Positions 29,060-39,670 are shown, numbered from the stretch's first letter. The stretch is 64,000 nt of DNA from Alphaproteobacteria bacterium (GCA_965214705.1 OZ243972.1:1984001-2048000), one strand, 5' to 3'. The notes: generated by a model not told the origin, from the sequence alone. Numbers and translations are program-made.

Positions 29060-31067
29060 GTCGGGTCGGAGGAGGCGCCCCGCGAGGCTAGCCTCCGTCC
29101 GCCGCTCAAACGGCCCGTACGGTTTTCCCGTAAGCCGCTTTCACAAAGGTGTCTCAACGAAGGTTCAAGGACGGAACCAGTGAAATCAGGCGAACAAGCC
29201 CGTATTCGTCGATCAGCTTGCGCTCCGGCAACTGTTTCCAGCCAGCGTTGCGCCAGCGCTTGCGACGATGCGACCAGAGCCGCCGCACGATCCAGCCGTC
29301 AAGCTGGTGGAAGAGCCCGCGGACGTGGGCCTTGCAATAGTATTGGCCCCATCCCCGAATGATCGGGTTGATCTCGTCAATCAGCCCCTGCGTGCTGACA
29401 GGAGCCTTGCGCCGGGTACGCTGGCGAATCTGGTTCTTGAAGTGCCGGATGGATTTCTCACGCGGAACCGCGTAGCGCGCTCCCCCGCGAACCCCGCTCT
29501 TGATCTTGGAGGACGACAGCCGGAGAGGCCGCTCGCCCTGCTTGATCTTGTAGCCGAGGAACTCAAACCCGTGCCTGACATGGACAATGCGGGTCTTCCC
29601 GGCGTTGAGGGACACACCCAGCTTTGCCAGAATCCGCCTGGCCGTCTCCAGTGCTGCGCGGGCTTCCCCGCGTGTGCGGCACGTGATCAGCCAATCATCG
29701 GCGTATCGCGTTAGTCGATAGCCGCGACGACGCATTTCCCAATCGAACGGGGTCAGCAAGATATTGCTGAGCAGCGGTGAAACGATGCCGCCCTGCGGAG
29801 TGCCCTGTTCGGTCGGCAGCCTCTTACCGTCGGCCACCACCCCGGCCGTGAGCATCTGCCTGAGCAGACCTAATACCCGGCCATCCGAGACTCGCTGGTT
29901 GACGAGTTCGAGGAGCTTTTCGTGGTCCACGGACCCGAAGAAGTCTTTCAAATCCGCATCGAGAACCCACTCGTTGCCCTCGTCCAGTTCCCTCCATATC
30001 TTGCGTAACGCTCCATGGGCAGACCTTCCTTGCCGGTACCCGTAGTTGGCATCGTCGAACACCGGCTCGAAGATCGGTTCCAGCCGGTTCAGCAGCGCCT
30101 GCTGGCACACCCGGTCGTAGATTGTCGGGATGCCGAGCGGGCGGAACTTCCCCGGCTGGCCCGCCTTGGGGATCAGGCATTGGAGAACCGGCTGCGGGTG
30201 ATACTCACCGTCCCGCAACTCCCGGTGCAGGCGATCGAGATTTGCATCCAGCGATGCCTCGAACGCCGCCAAATCCTCTCCGTCCACGCCACCGGCACCC
30301 CGGTTGCGCTTCACCTTTTCCCAGGCCACCTCAAGGTTCTTCCGCTTGTACACCTTGTCCACCAGTGAGTGGACCTTCCTGTCACCCGCCGGGTTGATCC
30401 AGTCGATGAGTCTCCTCGGGCCATGATGTCCGAACTTGTCCGCGTCATGGTCCTTACTCACTCATCGCTGTCTCTCGCCGACCACCTCTGCCAACCGACT
30501 TCCCCGGCCCACACGGCCGCCGCTCGCGCGGTCACCCGGCTTTCGCCGGGCTTCAGGTACTATTCGGTTGTCCGATTGCTCGCCGCGCATCCTTTCCCAT
30601 TTCGCCTTTCGGCTTATAGGGTCCGTTATCCCGGTGCCACCCGAGAACGCGGCGAGCCCTCCTGGGGTCACGTCCAGATCTTCCGTACCGTGCCGCTCGC
30701 AAACACCTTGGTGCGACGGGTGGGTAAGAACGCCTTCGCCGCCATAGTGCCGGCTCGACCTTGCCCCGTCTTTGGCCGACCGATTCATCATGGGGTGGCC
30801 CCCTCGATTACGGCCCGGTACTTCTCCGCAAGCCCTTCAGATTCCACCTCGCGGTGGACACCCTGCCTTCCGGTTGTCTTTCGACAGTGGACCAACTTAG
30901 CTCCTCCCTTGGCTGTCTCCGCCGTTTCCGGCTTCGTGCCCGTTTAGAGTTTCGCTTATCGGCTCACTCCGGCCAGTGAGGAATTACCCCCACTTTTGGA
31001 TATGGCGCCCCTTACCCGAGCGCCAGTGGGACTTGAACCCACCTGATCTGGGCGCTGCCCAGCACAC
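29060..31067 (-). mobile_element. inner, complete group II intron
   Basis: GTGTG 5' end, domain V hairpin 29108-29141, 3' end CCGACCCGAC; EBS1 ACTATGG complementary to the exon end. Confidence 0.88.
29154..30461 (-). CDS. ltrA: group II intron reverse transcriptase/maturase (no endonuclease domain)
   Basis: GAGGVDG, RPLGIPTIYDR, GTPQGG, RYADD, FLGY, GWGQYY. Confidence 0.95.
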   Translation of the reverse strand: MSKDHDADKFGHHGPRRLIDWINPAGDRKVHSLVDKVYKRKNLEVAWEKVKRNRGAGGVDGEDLAAFEASLDANLDRLHRELRDGEYHPQPVLQCLIPKAGQPGKFRPLGIPTIYDRVCQQALLNRLEPIFEPVFDDANYGYRQGRSAHGALRKIWRELDEGNEWVLDADLKDFFGSVDHEKLLELVNQRVSDGRVLGLLRQMLTAGVVADGKRLPTEQGTPQGGIVSPLLSNILLTPFDWEMRRRGYRLTRYADDWLITCRTRGEARAALETARRILAKLGVSLNAGKTRIVHVRHGFEFLGYKIKQGERPLRLSSSKIKSGVRGGARYAVPREKSIRHFKNQIRQRTRRKAPVSTQGLIDEINPIIRGWGQYYCKAHVRGLFHQLDGWIVRRLWSHRRKRWRNAGWKQLPERKLIDEYGLVRLISLVPSLNLR

Positions 31068-31463
31068 ACTATGGCCGAGTCTGATTTCTCCATGTCGTTC
31101 ATCTTCGGTTACGGACTCCTCCTTTCCTCAGCGTTCCCGCCACGACTCAGCGGGATGACATGGAGACCTCCCAGGTCCCGGTGCAGTGCGTACGTACGTG
31201 CGTGGGTTCTCTGACACCGCGGGATTCAGACCCCCCTCGCCATATCGGTGGGCCAGATGCGACCTTCGGCCAACGAAAGAGCCTCGGCATCCCGGATGAT
31301 GTTTCTTTCGGTGCTCAATAGCCCCGCCCACACGCGCCCCTGTCAACGCTTGACCCTCGCCCTCGCGAGCGACGGCCCATGACTCGGGGTGGAAGTGGTG
31401 GCTCACCTTCTCCTTCCTGTTGGACTTTCACCAACTGCACTCGCACCAGTTCGCCTGGCGCAC

Positions 31464-31539
31464 CCCGCTCCCACTCCGCATCGGTGGCCATGACCGCGCG
31501 CTGGCGCCGTCCGCCGGCGTCCTCCCTCATCGTGGCCAA
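31464..31539 (-). pseudogene. 5' fragment of a MobC/RHH-like gene interrupted by the outer intron
   Basis: RRQRAVMATDAEWER resembles the 'V..T..EW..I' start of MobC-like proteins. Confidence 0.35.
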
Positions 31540-31789
31540 CCGCCCGTAGGGACCTGCTGCAACCGCGACACGCGGCTACCCCTGAATGTAGAATAGATCG
31601 CAAAACTCCTATGTTATTCCTCGTGCCTGATATTATATGCCATTCGTGTGTCCTGATCAAGTGATCCGCTTCCGCCACAACAGCCATGTCCCCTCTCCAC
31701 AGGACAATCCACATCCCGGCTTCCCCAAATGCAACTCCTTAAAGACACAAGATCAGCCGATGTGTCCTCCACCCCCGCTCCATTCGCCC

Positions 31790-31818
31790 TTGACGTCAGC
31801 CATAACTCATTGTAACAT
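31790..31818 (+). promoter_or_regulatory. sigma70-like promoter for the ABC-hydA operon
   Basis: TTGACG-N17-TAACAT, then AGGAGG at 31830. Confidence 0.55.
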
Positions 31819-31897
31819 AGCTCTAGTACAGGAGGAAGCTGCAACCCTACGTCACGGTGCGCTCGCCAGATATTCGCCACTGTAAGTGCACACCTGA

Positions 31898-33196
31898 CGC
31901 TCCGCTGCCGTTGCTGCGGCATTCGCCGGCGCATTCGCGCTGCTCCTTACGACAGGCGCGCCATCCGCAACCGCCGCGGACGTCTACACCCCGGCGCCGC
32001 CCGAGCCCGGAACGGACATTCCGACGGCGGAGGTCAACTTCGGCATGCGCCCCTATGCCGACAACACCTTCTACGTCATCGCGATGAAGAAGGGCTGGTT
32101 CGCGGACGCCGGCATCACCATCGGGCCCGAAGAGCTCGGCCTGAAGGTCACCGATACCAACGTCAACGCGCTGCTCCTCAACGGCCAGCTCGACATCTCG
32201 AGCCAGTACTGCCCGTTGATGCTGCCGACCTACAAGAGCGCGAACACGCTGAAGTGCATCGCGTTCACCGACAACTTCCTCGGCACCGCGCTGCTCGCCA
32301 ACCCCGAGCTCGGGCTGAAGAGCTTCAAGGAGTACATCGCCGAGGGCATGGGCTTCGAGGAGGCAATCACGGCCTCGTTGGCGCCGATGAACGGCAAGAC
32401 CCTCGTGGGCTCGCCGGTGCTGAGCAAGCGGCCGTTCGAGGAGGCCGTCTCGGCGTTCTCAGGCGCGACGTGGGATCTCGACCTGATGGACGATGCCAAG
32501 TCGCTCGTGCTGGCCAAGGCCGGCCGCATCGACTTCGTCAATCCCGAAGGCGCGCCGATCGTCTACACCCTGATGAAGGCGGGATGGACCAACCTCATCG
32601 ATGTGGGCGATCTCTACAACTACGGGCCCGGCGGCCTGGATTCGCCGATGCAGAAGCTGGTGACCATCGTCGGCATCGCGTCGAACTCGAACTACATAAA
32701 CGAGAACCAGAACACGATCCTGCGCTTCCTCTCCGTGGCGTGGCGCACGCTCGCCGCGGTCGACGAGGATCCCTCGCTCTACGAGCTCCAGGCGCCCTAT
32801 CTGAACAGCGTCGCGGGAACCGACCTGGATGCCAAGGGAGTGGAAGAGACGGTCGCCATCCTGCATCCCTACTCGTCGTTCGAGTACAACGAGAAGTACT
32901 ACCGCGACGAGTCGAGCCTGCTCTACTACCTGAACGCCTGGCCCGCGATCATCGCGGATTGGGCCGAGAAGGGCCTGCTGCCTGCGGATGCGGTCACGGC
33001 CGAGCAGTTCGTCTGGGGCGCGGCGATCTGGGAGCAGATGAAGGACTACCAGGCGAAGTCGGCGGCGATGATCGCCGACCTCGAAGGCCAGTCCCTCGAT
33101 GCCGACAAGCAGGTGTTGCTCGGCCGCGCGAAGCAGTACTTCGAGTGGTTCAACTACCTGGATGCCTACCGCATGGCCACTGCCGCGTCGTCGTAG
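31898..33196 (+). CDS. SsuA/TauA/NMT1-type ABC substrate-binding protein; 5' end disrupted
   Basis: In-frame signal peptide (AAVAAAFAGAFALLLTTGAPSATA-AD) lies upstream of ATG 32045 but is preceded by TGA 31895; KKGWFADAG motif. Confidence 0.75.
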   Translation, partial: RSAAVAAAFAGAFALLLTTGAPSATAADVYTPAPPEPGTDIPTAEVNFGMRPYADNTFYVIAMKKGWFADAGITIGPEELGLKVTDTNVNALLLNGQLDISSQYCPLMLPTYKSANTLKCIAFTDNFLGTALLANPELGLKSFKEYIAEGMGFEEAITASLAPMNGKTLVGSPVLSKRPFEEAVSAFSGATWDLDLMDDAKSLVLAKAGRIDFVNPEGAPIVYTLMKAGWTNLIDVGDLYNYGPGGLDSPMQKLVTIVGIASNSNYINENQNTILRFLSVAWRTLAAVDEDPSLYELQAPYLNSVAGTDLDAKGVEETVAILHPYSSFEYNEKYYRDESSLLYYLNAWPAIIADWAEKGLLPADAVTAEQFVWGAAIWEQMKDYQAKSAAMIADLEGQSLDADKQVLLGRAKQYFEWFNYLDAYRMATAASS

Positions 33197-33353
33197 GCAC
33201 GGGCGTTTGACCCTCGCCTGACGAGAGGCGCAGGGAATCAATTCAAGGCCGGCCGGCGCGCAACGTCAGCCACGACTCGCGCGCCGGCCGTGCCGTCCCC
33301 GCCGGGGGCGGTGCAACGGTCTGGAAGGCCCATAATGAAGCCGGCATAGTTCG

Positions 33354-34154
33354 GTGATGGCGCAGCGGTTCGACGTTCTCGGCCTGATCGGCCTCGTGCT
33401 CCTGGTGGCCGTCTGGCAGTTGCTGACGTTCGCCATCCCGCTCATAGCGCTGCCGCATCCGGCCAACGTGGCCGAGCGCATCGGCGAGGACTTTATCGTC
33501 GCAGACTATCTGCTGTTCTACGGGCTGCCCGAGACGGGCCTCCTCGACAGCATGATCTACACGACCCAGAACGTCCTGATCGCGGTCGCCCTCGGGGCCA
33601 CCGTCGGCACCGTGTGCGGCCTGGTGACGGCGCGCTTCGATCTGATCCGAGCGGTCATCGATCCGGTGCTCTTGGTGCTGGGGACAATCCCCATCCTCGT
33701 GCTGGCGCCGTTCTTCCTGATCTGGTTCGGCACTGGCAGGACCAGCGCGGTGCTGCTGGTGGCCATCTACGTGGCCGTGATCCTCTATATCTATGCCCAG
33801 CGCGCCGCGAGCACGCTGAATCCGGTCTACGAAGACGCCGCCTACACGTTGGGCGCAAGCCGCCGGCGTGTCGTCTGGGACGTGCTCATCAAGGGCACGG
33901 TGCCGCAGATTCTCGGCGGCATCCGGATCGCGCTTGCCGGCGCCTGGGGCCTGGAGGCCATCGCCGAGCTGCTCGGCGCACAGCAGGGCATCGGCAAGAT
34001 CGTCCAGGTCCTCGCCGGCTCGACTGACATGGAGGGCATCTTCGCCGCTCTCCTGGTGCTCGGTATCCTGGCGGTTGTGTTCGATGCCTTCACCGCCCGA
34101 TTCTTCTCCTACGTCTCGGCGTGGAGCGTCGAGGCCCGCACCGGCGGAGGGTGA
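33354..34154 (+). CDS. ABC permease (SsuC/TauC type)
   Basis: TM helices, IPILVLAP, EAA-like DAAYTLGASR. Confidence 0.9.
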   Translation: MMAQRFDVLGLIGLVLLVAVWQLLTFAIPLIALPHPANVAERIGEDFIVADYLLFYGLPETGLLDSMIYTTQNVLIAVALGATVGTVCGLVTARFDLIRAVIDPVLLVLGTIPILVLAPFFLIWFGTGRTSAVLLVAIYVAVILYIYAQRAASTLNPVYEDAAYTLGASRRRVVWDVLIKGTVPQILGGIRIALAGAWGLEAIAELLGAQQGIGKIVQVLAGSTDMEGIFAALLVLGILAVVFDAFTARFFSYVSAWSVEARTGGG

Positions 34155-34158
34155 ACCA

Positions 34159-34995
34159 GTGGCAAGGGCGGCAGACGGCAGAGACGTCATCGTGGCCAGC
34201 AATCTGTCGCGAACCTTCCGGCGCGCGGACCGGCAGATGGTGACGGCGCTCGACGACGTGACCTTCGGGATCGACCGGGGCCAGTTCGTCTGCCTGGTCG
34301 GGCCGTCCGGCTGCGGCAAGTCGACGCTGCTCAAGCTTATCGCCGGGCTCATGCTGCCGTCGTCCGGCGCGCTCGAAGTGGAAGGGGAGAGCGTCACCCA
34401 GCCGGGCCCCGAGCGCGGCATGGTATTCCAGCAGGACAGCGTCTTCCCCTGGCTGCGCGTGATCGACAACGTCGAGTACGGGCTGAGGTGCCGGGGCGTC
34501 GGCAGGGCCGAGCGGCGCAAGAGCGCCGAGTTCTACCTGGAGCGTGTGGGTCTCTCGCACGTGGCGCGGGCGTGGCCGCGCGAGCTCTCCGGCGGCATGC
34601 TGAAGCGGGTCGCCGTGGCGACGGTCTTCGCCAACGGCGCGAACGTGCTGCTGCTCGACGAGCCCTTCGGCGCGGTCGACTACGTCACCAAGCGCAATCT
34701 CCACGACGTGCTGCTCGCGCTGTGGACCGAGGCGGGCTCGACCGAGCGGCGCACCGTGGTTTTCGTGACCCACGACGTGGACGAGGCGCTGATCCTGGCG
34801 GACCGCATTCTGGTCATGCACAGCGGCCGCATCGTCGACGATCTCGCGGTCACGGCACCCAGACCGCGCACGACCGACGGGCTCATGGAGCCCACCATGG
34901 TGCGGCACAAGCACGTCCTGCTCGCGCACCTCGGCCTCGAGAACCGGCAGGGCGCCGCAGAGACGCCGGCGGGCGGGGAGGGGACTGAGCCATGA
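34159..34995 (+). CDS. ABC ATP-binding protein (SsuB/TauB type)
   Basis: GPSGCGKST, LSGGM, LLLDEPF, THDVDEA. Confidence 0.93.
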   Translation: MARAADGRDVIVASNLSRTFRRADRQMVTALDDVTFGIDRGQFVCLVGPSGCGKSTLLKLIAGLMLPSSGALEVEGESVTQPGPERGMVFQQDSVFPWLRVIDNVEYGLRCRGVGRAERRKSAEFYLERVGLSHVARAWPRELSGGMLKRVAVATVFANGANVLLLDEPFGAVDYVTKRNLHDVLLALWTEAGSTERRTVVFVTHDVDEALILADRILVMHSGRIVDDLAVTAPRPRTTDGLMEPTMVRHKHVLLAHLGLENRQGAAETPAGGEGTEP

Positions 34996-35864
34996 CGTGG
35001 CTGATCGCACAGCTCCGCCGCCGCCTCGTCTCGATCCTGGTGCTGCTCGCGATGGCCGGAATCTGGCAAATTCTGTCGACGATCTACACTGTGGAGGCGG
35101 TTCCGGGCGAGCCCATGGTGCCGGGCTGGCAGATCGTGTTCAGCCGCACGCTGCTCTCGCTCTCGGACTACTGGCAGGGCGGCCTTGGCGTCCCGTCGGT
35201 CGCCGAGGGCGCACCGCAGAGCTACCTCGCCGCACTCCTCTCCATCCTGGACCACTCGGTCGACACCATCGTCCGGCTCTACGTCGGCCTTCTGATCGGC
35301 GGCCTCGTCGGCTCGCTGCTCGGCATGGCGGTGTCGTGGTCGCCGTGGACCCGCCGGATCGTCGACCTGCCGGTCCAGCTCCTGCGCACCCTGCCGCTGC
35401 TCGCCATGGTGCCGATGTTCCAGCTCTGGTTCGGCATCGACTTCGTCGGCAAGATCGCCTTCGTCGGCTACGGGGTCGGCGTCATCTTCTTCGCGGGCGT
35501 GGTGAACGCGGTGAAGAACGTGCCGCAGATCTACATCGACAATGCGCGGACGCTCGGCGCCTCGCGCCTGCAGATCTATCGCACCGTGGTTCTGCCGGCG
35601 ATCTTTCCCGAGATGCGGGGGACCATCCTGCTCAGCCTCGGCATCGGCTGGGCGGCGGTGCTCGGCGCGGAATACCTGGGCGCCCAGTCCGGGCTCGGCT
35701 ACGTGATCATCTACTCCGAGCAGTTCGCCTATCTGGACAGGATGTTCGTGGTGGCGCTGATCTTCGTGTTCTACGCCTCGATCAGCTACGCCATCTTCGA
35801 CCGGCTATCGAGACGGCTGCTGCAGTGGACGCCGCAGGCGGGGCGCGTGGTCGCCCACGGCTGA
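34992..35864 (+). CDS. ABC permease (SsuC/TauC type)
   Basis: LPLLAMVP, NARTLGASR, AEYLGAQSGLG. Confidence 0.9.
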   Translation: MTWLIAQLRRRLVSILVLLAMAGIWQILSTIYTVEAVPGEPMVPGWQIVFSRTLLSLSDYWQGGLGVPSVAEGAPQSYLAALLSILDHSVDTIVRLYVGLLIGGLVGSLLGMAVSWSPWTRRIVDLPVQLLRTLPLLAMVPMFQLWFGIDFVGKIAFVGYGVGVIFFAGVVNAVKNVPQIYIDNARTLGASRLQIYRTVVLPAIFPEMRGTILLSLGIGWAAVLGAEYLGAQSGLGYVIIYSEQFAYLDRMFVVALIFVFYASISYAIFDRLSRRLLQWTPQAGRVVAHG

Positions 35865-35921
35865 CGCCGTCGCGGAACTTGCGAAACAGCCAGCGGCGAC
35901 ATCGAAGGGAGTGAAGGCATC

Positions 35922-37364
35922 GTGAGCGAATTCGATCTGGTGATCCGCAACGGCAGGATCGCGACGGCAGCGGACGTCTTCACTGGCGACATCGGCATCG
36001 TGGACGGCAGGATCGAGGCCATGGCGTCCACCCTCAGCCGGGGGCACAAGGAGATCGACGCCGCGGGCCGGACCATCACCCCCGGCGGCATCGACGGGCA
36101 CATCCACCTGGAGCAACGCCTGCCCGACGGCGCTGAGATCGCCGACAACTTCTATACCGGCTCGCGCTCGGCCGCATGCGGGGGCACGACGACCATCATC
36201 CCCTTCGCCTTCCAGGACCACGGCGCATCGTTGAGCCAAGTGCTCGCCGATTACCGCGAGAGCGCCGAGGGGCGCTGCTTCATCGACTACGCCTTCCACG
36301 CCATCATCACCGACCCCACCGCGCAGGTGCTGAACCAGGAGCTGCCCTCGCTCGTGCGCGAGGGCTACACCTCCTACAAGCTCTACATGACCTACGAGGG
36401 CCTGCAGCTCACCGACCGACAGGTGCTCGATGTGCTGACCGCGATGCGCCGGGAGCAGGCGATCAGTATGGTGCACGCCGAGAACACCGAGTTCATCGAG
36501 TGGCTGACCGAGCGGCTGGTGGAGAAGGGCCTGACCGCGCCCAAGTACCACACCAGGGCGCACCCCGTGATCGGCGAGCGCGAGGCCACGCACCGCGCGA
36601 TGTCCATGTCCGAGCTTGTGGGCGTGCCCATCGTGCTCGTGCACGTGTCCGCGCGCGAGGTGGTGGAGCAGATCGACTGGGCCCGTGCCAGGGGCCTCGC
36701 GATCCATGCCGAGACCTGCCCCCAATATCTGCTGCTGACCGAGGATGCCTATGACGTGGAGGGCTTCGAGGGGGCGAAGTTCATCTGCACGCCGCCGCCC
36801 CGCACCGCCGACGATCAGGAGGCGATCTGGGCCGCGCTCGCCCGCGATGTCTTCGATATCGTCTCCTCGGACCACTCACCGTTCCGCTACGCCGACCCCA
36901 AGGGCAAGCAGATCGCCGGAACCAACGCGGGCTTTCACAAGGTGCCGAACGGCGTCCCCGGCGTGGAGACGCGGATGCCGCTGCTCTACTCAGAAGGCGT
37001 GCTCAAGGGCAGGATCGACGTCAACCAGTTCGTCAGGATGACGTCCACCAACGTCGCCAAGCTCTACGGGCTCTACCCGCGCAAGGGGGCGATTGCCCTC
37101 GGCGCCGACGCCGACTTGGTGATCTGGGATGAGGACACGCCGGTCACCGTCACCAACGACCGGCTGCACCATGACTGCGACTACACGCCCTACGAGGGAA
37201 TGACGCTCCGAGCATGGCCTGCCATCACGTTGTCACGGGGCCAGCCGGTATGGCGCGACGGCGCGCTCTGCGTGGACGCCGGGCACGGAGAGTTTCAGGC
37301 CTGCGAGCGCCCCGCCGTCGCGCGCGCGCCGCGCCCGACCCGGATCCCTGAACTCATTCAGTAG
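35922..37364 (+). CDS. hydA: dihydropyrimidinase/D-hydantoinase
   Basis: PGGIDGHIH, GGTTT, SYKLYMTY, HAEN, AETCPQYL, SSDHSPF, PNGVPGVETR. Confidence 0.93.
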   Translation: MSEFDLVIRNGRIATAADVFTGDIGIVDGRIEAMASTLSRGHKEIDAAGRTITPGGIDGHIHLEQRLPDGAEIADNFYTGSRSAACGGTTTIIPFAFQDHGASLSQVLADYRESAEGRCFIDYAFHAIITDPTAQVLNQELPSLVREGYTSYKLYMTYEGLQLTDRQVLDVLTAMRREQAISMVHAENTEFIEWLTERLVEKGLTAPKYHTRAHPVIGEREATHRAMSMSELVGVPIVLVHVSAREVVEQIDWARARGLAIHAETCPQYLLLTEDAYDVEGFEGAKFICTPPPRTADDQEAIWAALARDVFDIVSSDHSPFRYADPKGKQIAGTNAGFHKVPNGVPGVETRMPLLYSEGVLKGRIDVNQFVRMTSTNVAKLYGLYPRKGAIALGADADLVIWDEDTPVTVTNDRLHHDCDYTPYEGMTLRAWPAITLSRGQPVWRDGALCVDAGHGEFQACERPAVARAPRPTRIPELIQ

Positions 37365-37445
37365 GCAGCCTTCAGCAGGGCCAGGCGACTCTGCGAGCAT
37401 CACTCGCCCGCCCAGAATCGTCCGATCGGAATTCGCGTATCTCAA

Positions 37446-39605
37446 CCCAAGTTGGCACTTTTTCCGGTTGCTCAATGCCGGTCTGCCCATATTTTGCGGA
37501 CCGAAGTACCACATATTGGGGTAGCTCCGAGATGATGCCACTATATGTGTAATTGAGGCGCTGGAAGCGCGTTGTAGTGCCAGGAGTTGTTAGGTATTGA
37601 CGATTTTCCCTTGACCCCAGACCCCAAGCCGACAAATCTTGGCCCCTCGCAACAATCTCGCGACGGGCGACATGTTCATCAGGGCAACCAAGACCCACAC
37701 CACCGACGGCAAGCCCGTCCGAAGCCATCGCCTCGTGCTTTCCCAGCGCATCGGCGACAAGGTCAGGCAGCGCACGCTCCTCAACCTCGGCACCGACTAT
37801 CCGGTGCCGAAGGAGAAATGGCGCGAAGTGGCCGAACTCGCCGAGGCGCTGCTGCACGGCCGCCCGCCGCTGCTCCAAGCCGTCCCGGACGTGCAGGCCG
37901 CAGCCGAGGACATCGTCGCCAAGCTCAGGGCCAGGGGGTTCCGCGTCGAGGCGATGCAGGAAGAGGCGCGCAAGCCCGAGATCGCCACCGTCGACCTCGA
38001 TACCCTGGAGCACGAGAACCCGCGCACCGTCGGCTGCGAGCGCCTGTGCCTCAAGGCCCTCGACGACCTTGGCTTCGCCGACATCCTCCACGGCCTTGGC
38101 ATCAAAGGCCGAGACGGGCGCATCGCGAGCGCGCTGATCGTCGCCAGGATGGTCCATCCCGCCAGCGAGCGTGATACCAGCCGCTGGCTCCGCCACGACA
38201 GCGCGGCCGCCGAGCTCCTGGGCCTGGAGGGCGACCGCAAGGCGCTGCGGCGCAAGACGCTCTACCGCATCGGCGACCTGCTCTGGCGCCACCGGGCCGC
38301 CATCCAGAGGGAACTGTTCAACCGTGAGCGCGCGCTGCTCGACCTGCCCGAGACGATCGCCTTCTACGATCTCACCAACGTCCACTACCACGGCCACACG
38401 GGCGGCGAGCTTCCCAGGTTCGGGCGCTCCAAGCAGAAGCGCGACGACTGTCCCCTCATCACGCTGGCGCTGGCGCTCGACGGCGCGGGCTTCCCGCGCA
38501 GTTGCGAGATCCTGCCGGGCAACGTGAGCGAGCCGGGCACGCTGCACGAGGCGCTGGCGCGGCTCGAGGCGGTGTGCGGCGGCACGGCGCCGAAGCCCAC
38601 GGTGGTCATGGACGCGGGCATCGCCACCGAGAAAAACATCGCGTGGCTGGGCGAGCAGGGCTACGACTGGATCGCGGTCAGCCGCGGTGCCAGGCCTGCG
38701 CCGCCCGAGGGCGGACCCGAGGCCCTGCTGATCACCAGCGCGCGCCACGAGGTGCGGGCCTGGCGGCTTGCCAGCGAGGACGGCGAGGCGCGGCTCTACG
38801 TCGTCAGCGAGGGCAAGAAGAAGGCCGAGAACGCGATCATCGGCCTGAGGCGGAACCGCTTCGAGGCGGCGCTGGAAAGGCTCCACAGCGGCCTCCCGGT
38901 CAAGCGCCGCCTCAAGCGCTACGACAAGGTGCTGGAGAGCATAGGCCGCCTCAAGCAGCGCTTCTCCGCCGTCGCCAGGCACTACGAGATCACGGTCGAG
39001 AAGGCGAAAACCGGCCCCAATGCCACCGCCGTGCGCTTCAAGCGCAGGCCGCGATACGACGAGGCCGATGAGGGCGCCGGCGCCTATGTGCTGCGCACCA
39101 GCCACGTCGACTGGGATATCGAGACGGTCCTGCGGACGTACTGGCGGATCACGGATATCGAGGCGACATTCAAGAGCCTAAAATCCGAGCTCGGCCTTCG
39201 CCCGATCTGGCACCAGCTCGACCGGCGCATCGCGGCCCACCTGCTGATCGCCGTGCTGGCCTACCACGCCGTGCATCTGATCCGTACCCGGCTGGCCGCG
39301 CGCGGCATCCACAAGTGCTGGGCATCGATCCGCGAGAGCATGCGGACCTGGGTGCGGATCACCACGCGCCTGCGCCAGACCGACGGCACGTTGATCGTCA
39401 ATCGACAGGACACGCGCCCGGCCGCTGAGGTAGCCGCAATCTCCTCGGCGGCGGGCGTGGAACCCGCCATCCACCGCACGAGGACCCGCCTGCCGAACTG
39501 ACAGAATCCAACAAAATGTAGTGCCATGTTGGAATCGGCCGAGAGAAATATCGCGTTACATCAACATGATAAAGGACATGGGTAGGACAAAAGTGCCAAC
39601 CTGGG
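37446..39605 (+). mobile_element. IS1634-family element, copy 2 (2160 bp)
   Basis: Same IRs as copy 1; 4-bp flanking duplication TCAA. Confidence 0.92.
37672..39501 (+). CDS. IS1634-family DDE transposase
   Basis: Near-identical to 25714-27543. Confidence 0.93.
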   Translation: MFIRATKTHTTDGKPVRSHRLVLSQRIGDKVRQRTLLNLGTDYPVPKEKWREVAELAEALLHGRPPLLQAVPDVQAAAEDIVAKLRARGFRVEAMQEEARKPEIATVDLDTLEHENPRTVGCERLCLKALDDLGFADILHGLGIKGRDGRIASALIVARMVHPASERDTSRWLRHDSAAAELLGLEGDRKALRRKTLYRIGDLLWRHRAAIQRELFNRERALLDLPETIAFYDLTNVHYHGHTGGELPRFGRSKQKRDDCPLITLALALDGAGFPRSCEILPGNVSEPGTLHEALARLEAVCGGTAPKPTVVMDAGIATEKNIAWLGEQGYDWIAVSRGARPAPPEGGPEALLITSARHEVRAWRLASEDGEARLYVVSEGKKKAENAIIGLRRNRFEAALERLHSGLPVKRRLKRYDKVLESIGRLKQRFSAVARHYEITVEKAKTGPNATAVRFKRRPRYDEADEGAGAYVLRTSHVDWDIETVLRTYWRITDIEATFKSLKSELGLRPIWHQLDRRIAAHLLIAVLAYHAVHLIRTRLAARGIHKCWASIRESMRTWVRITTRLRQTDGTLIVNRQDTRPAAEVAAISSAAGVEPAIHRTRTRLPN

Positions 39606-39670
39606 TCAAGGCAGTTCGCATCAGCCGCCCGGTGCTAAGGGAAAGGGCAGGAATGAACGCGTACGGGTGA

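Larger units (their letters stand above)
28893..31463 (-). mobile_element. outer group II intron, 3'-truncated and interrupted by an inner intron
   Basis: GTGCG 5' end at 31463; removing the inner intron restores ...CAGACTCGGCCATAGT|AGCGATGAAGCCGGCGAAC...; RT start VSQAADRIRQ is cut off at ~28893. Confidence 0.75.

Noticed and set aside
29154-30461. Retron, DGR or defence-type reverse transcriptase
   Set aside because: Maturase domain, domain V/VI and intron boundaries are present; no TR/VR pair or msr-msd seen.
25488-39605. Composite transposon bounded by two direct IS1634 copies
   Set aside because: Each copy has its own target duplication (TAGA; TCAA), indicating independent insertions.
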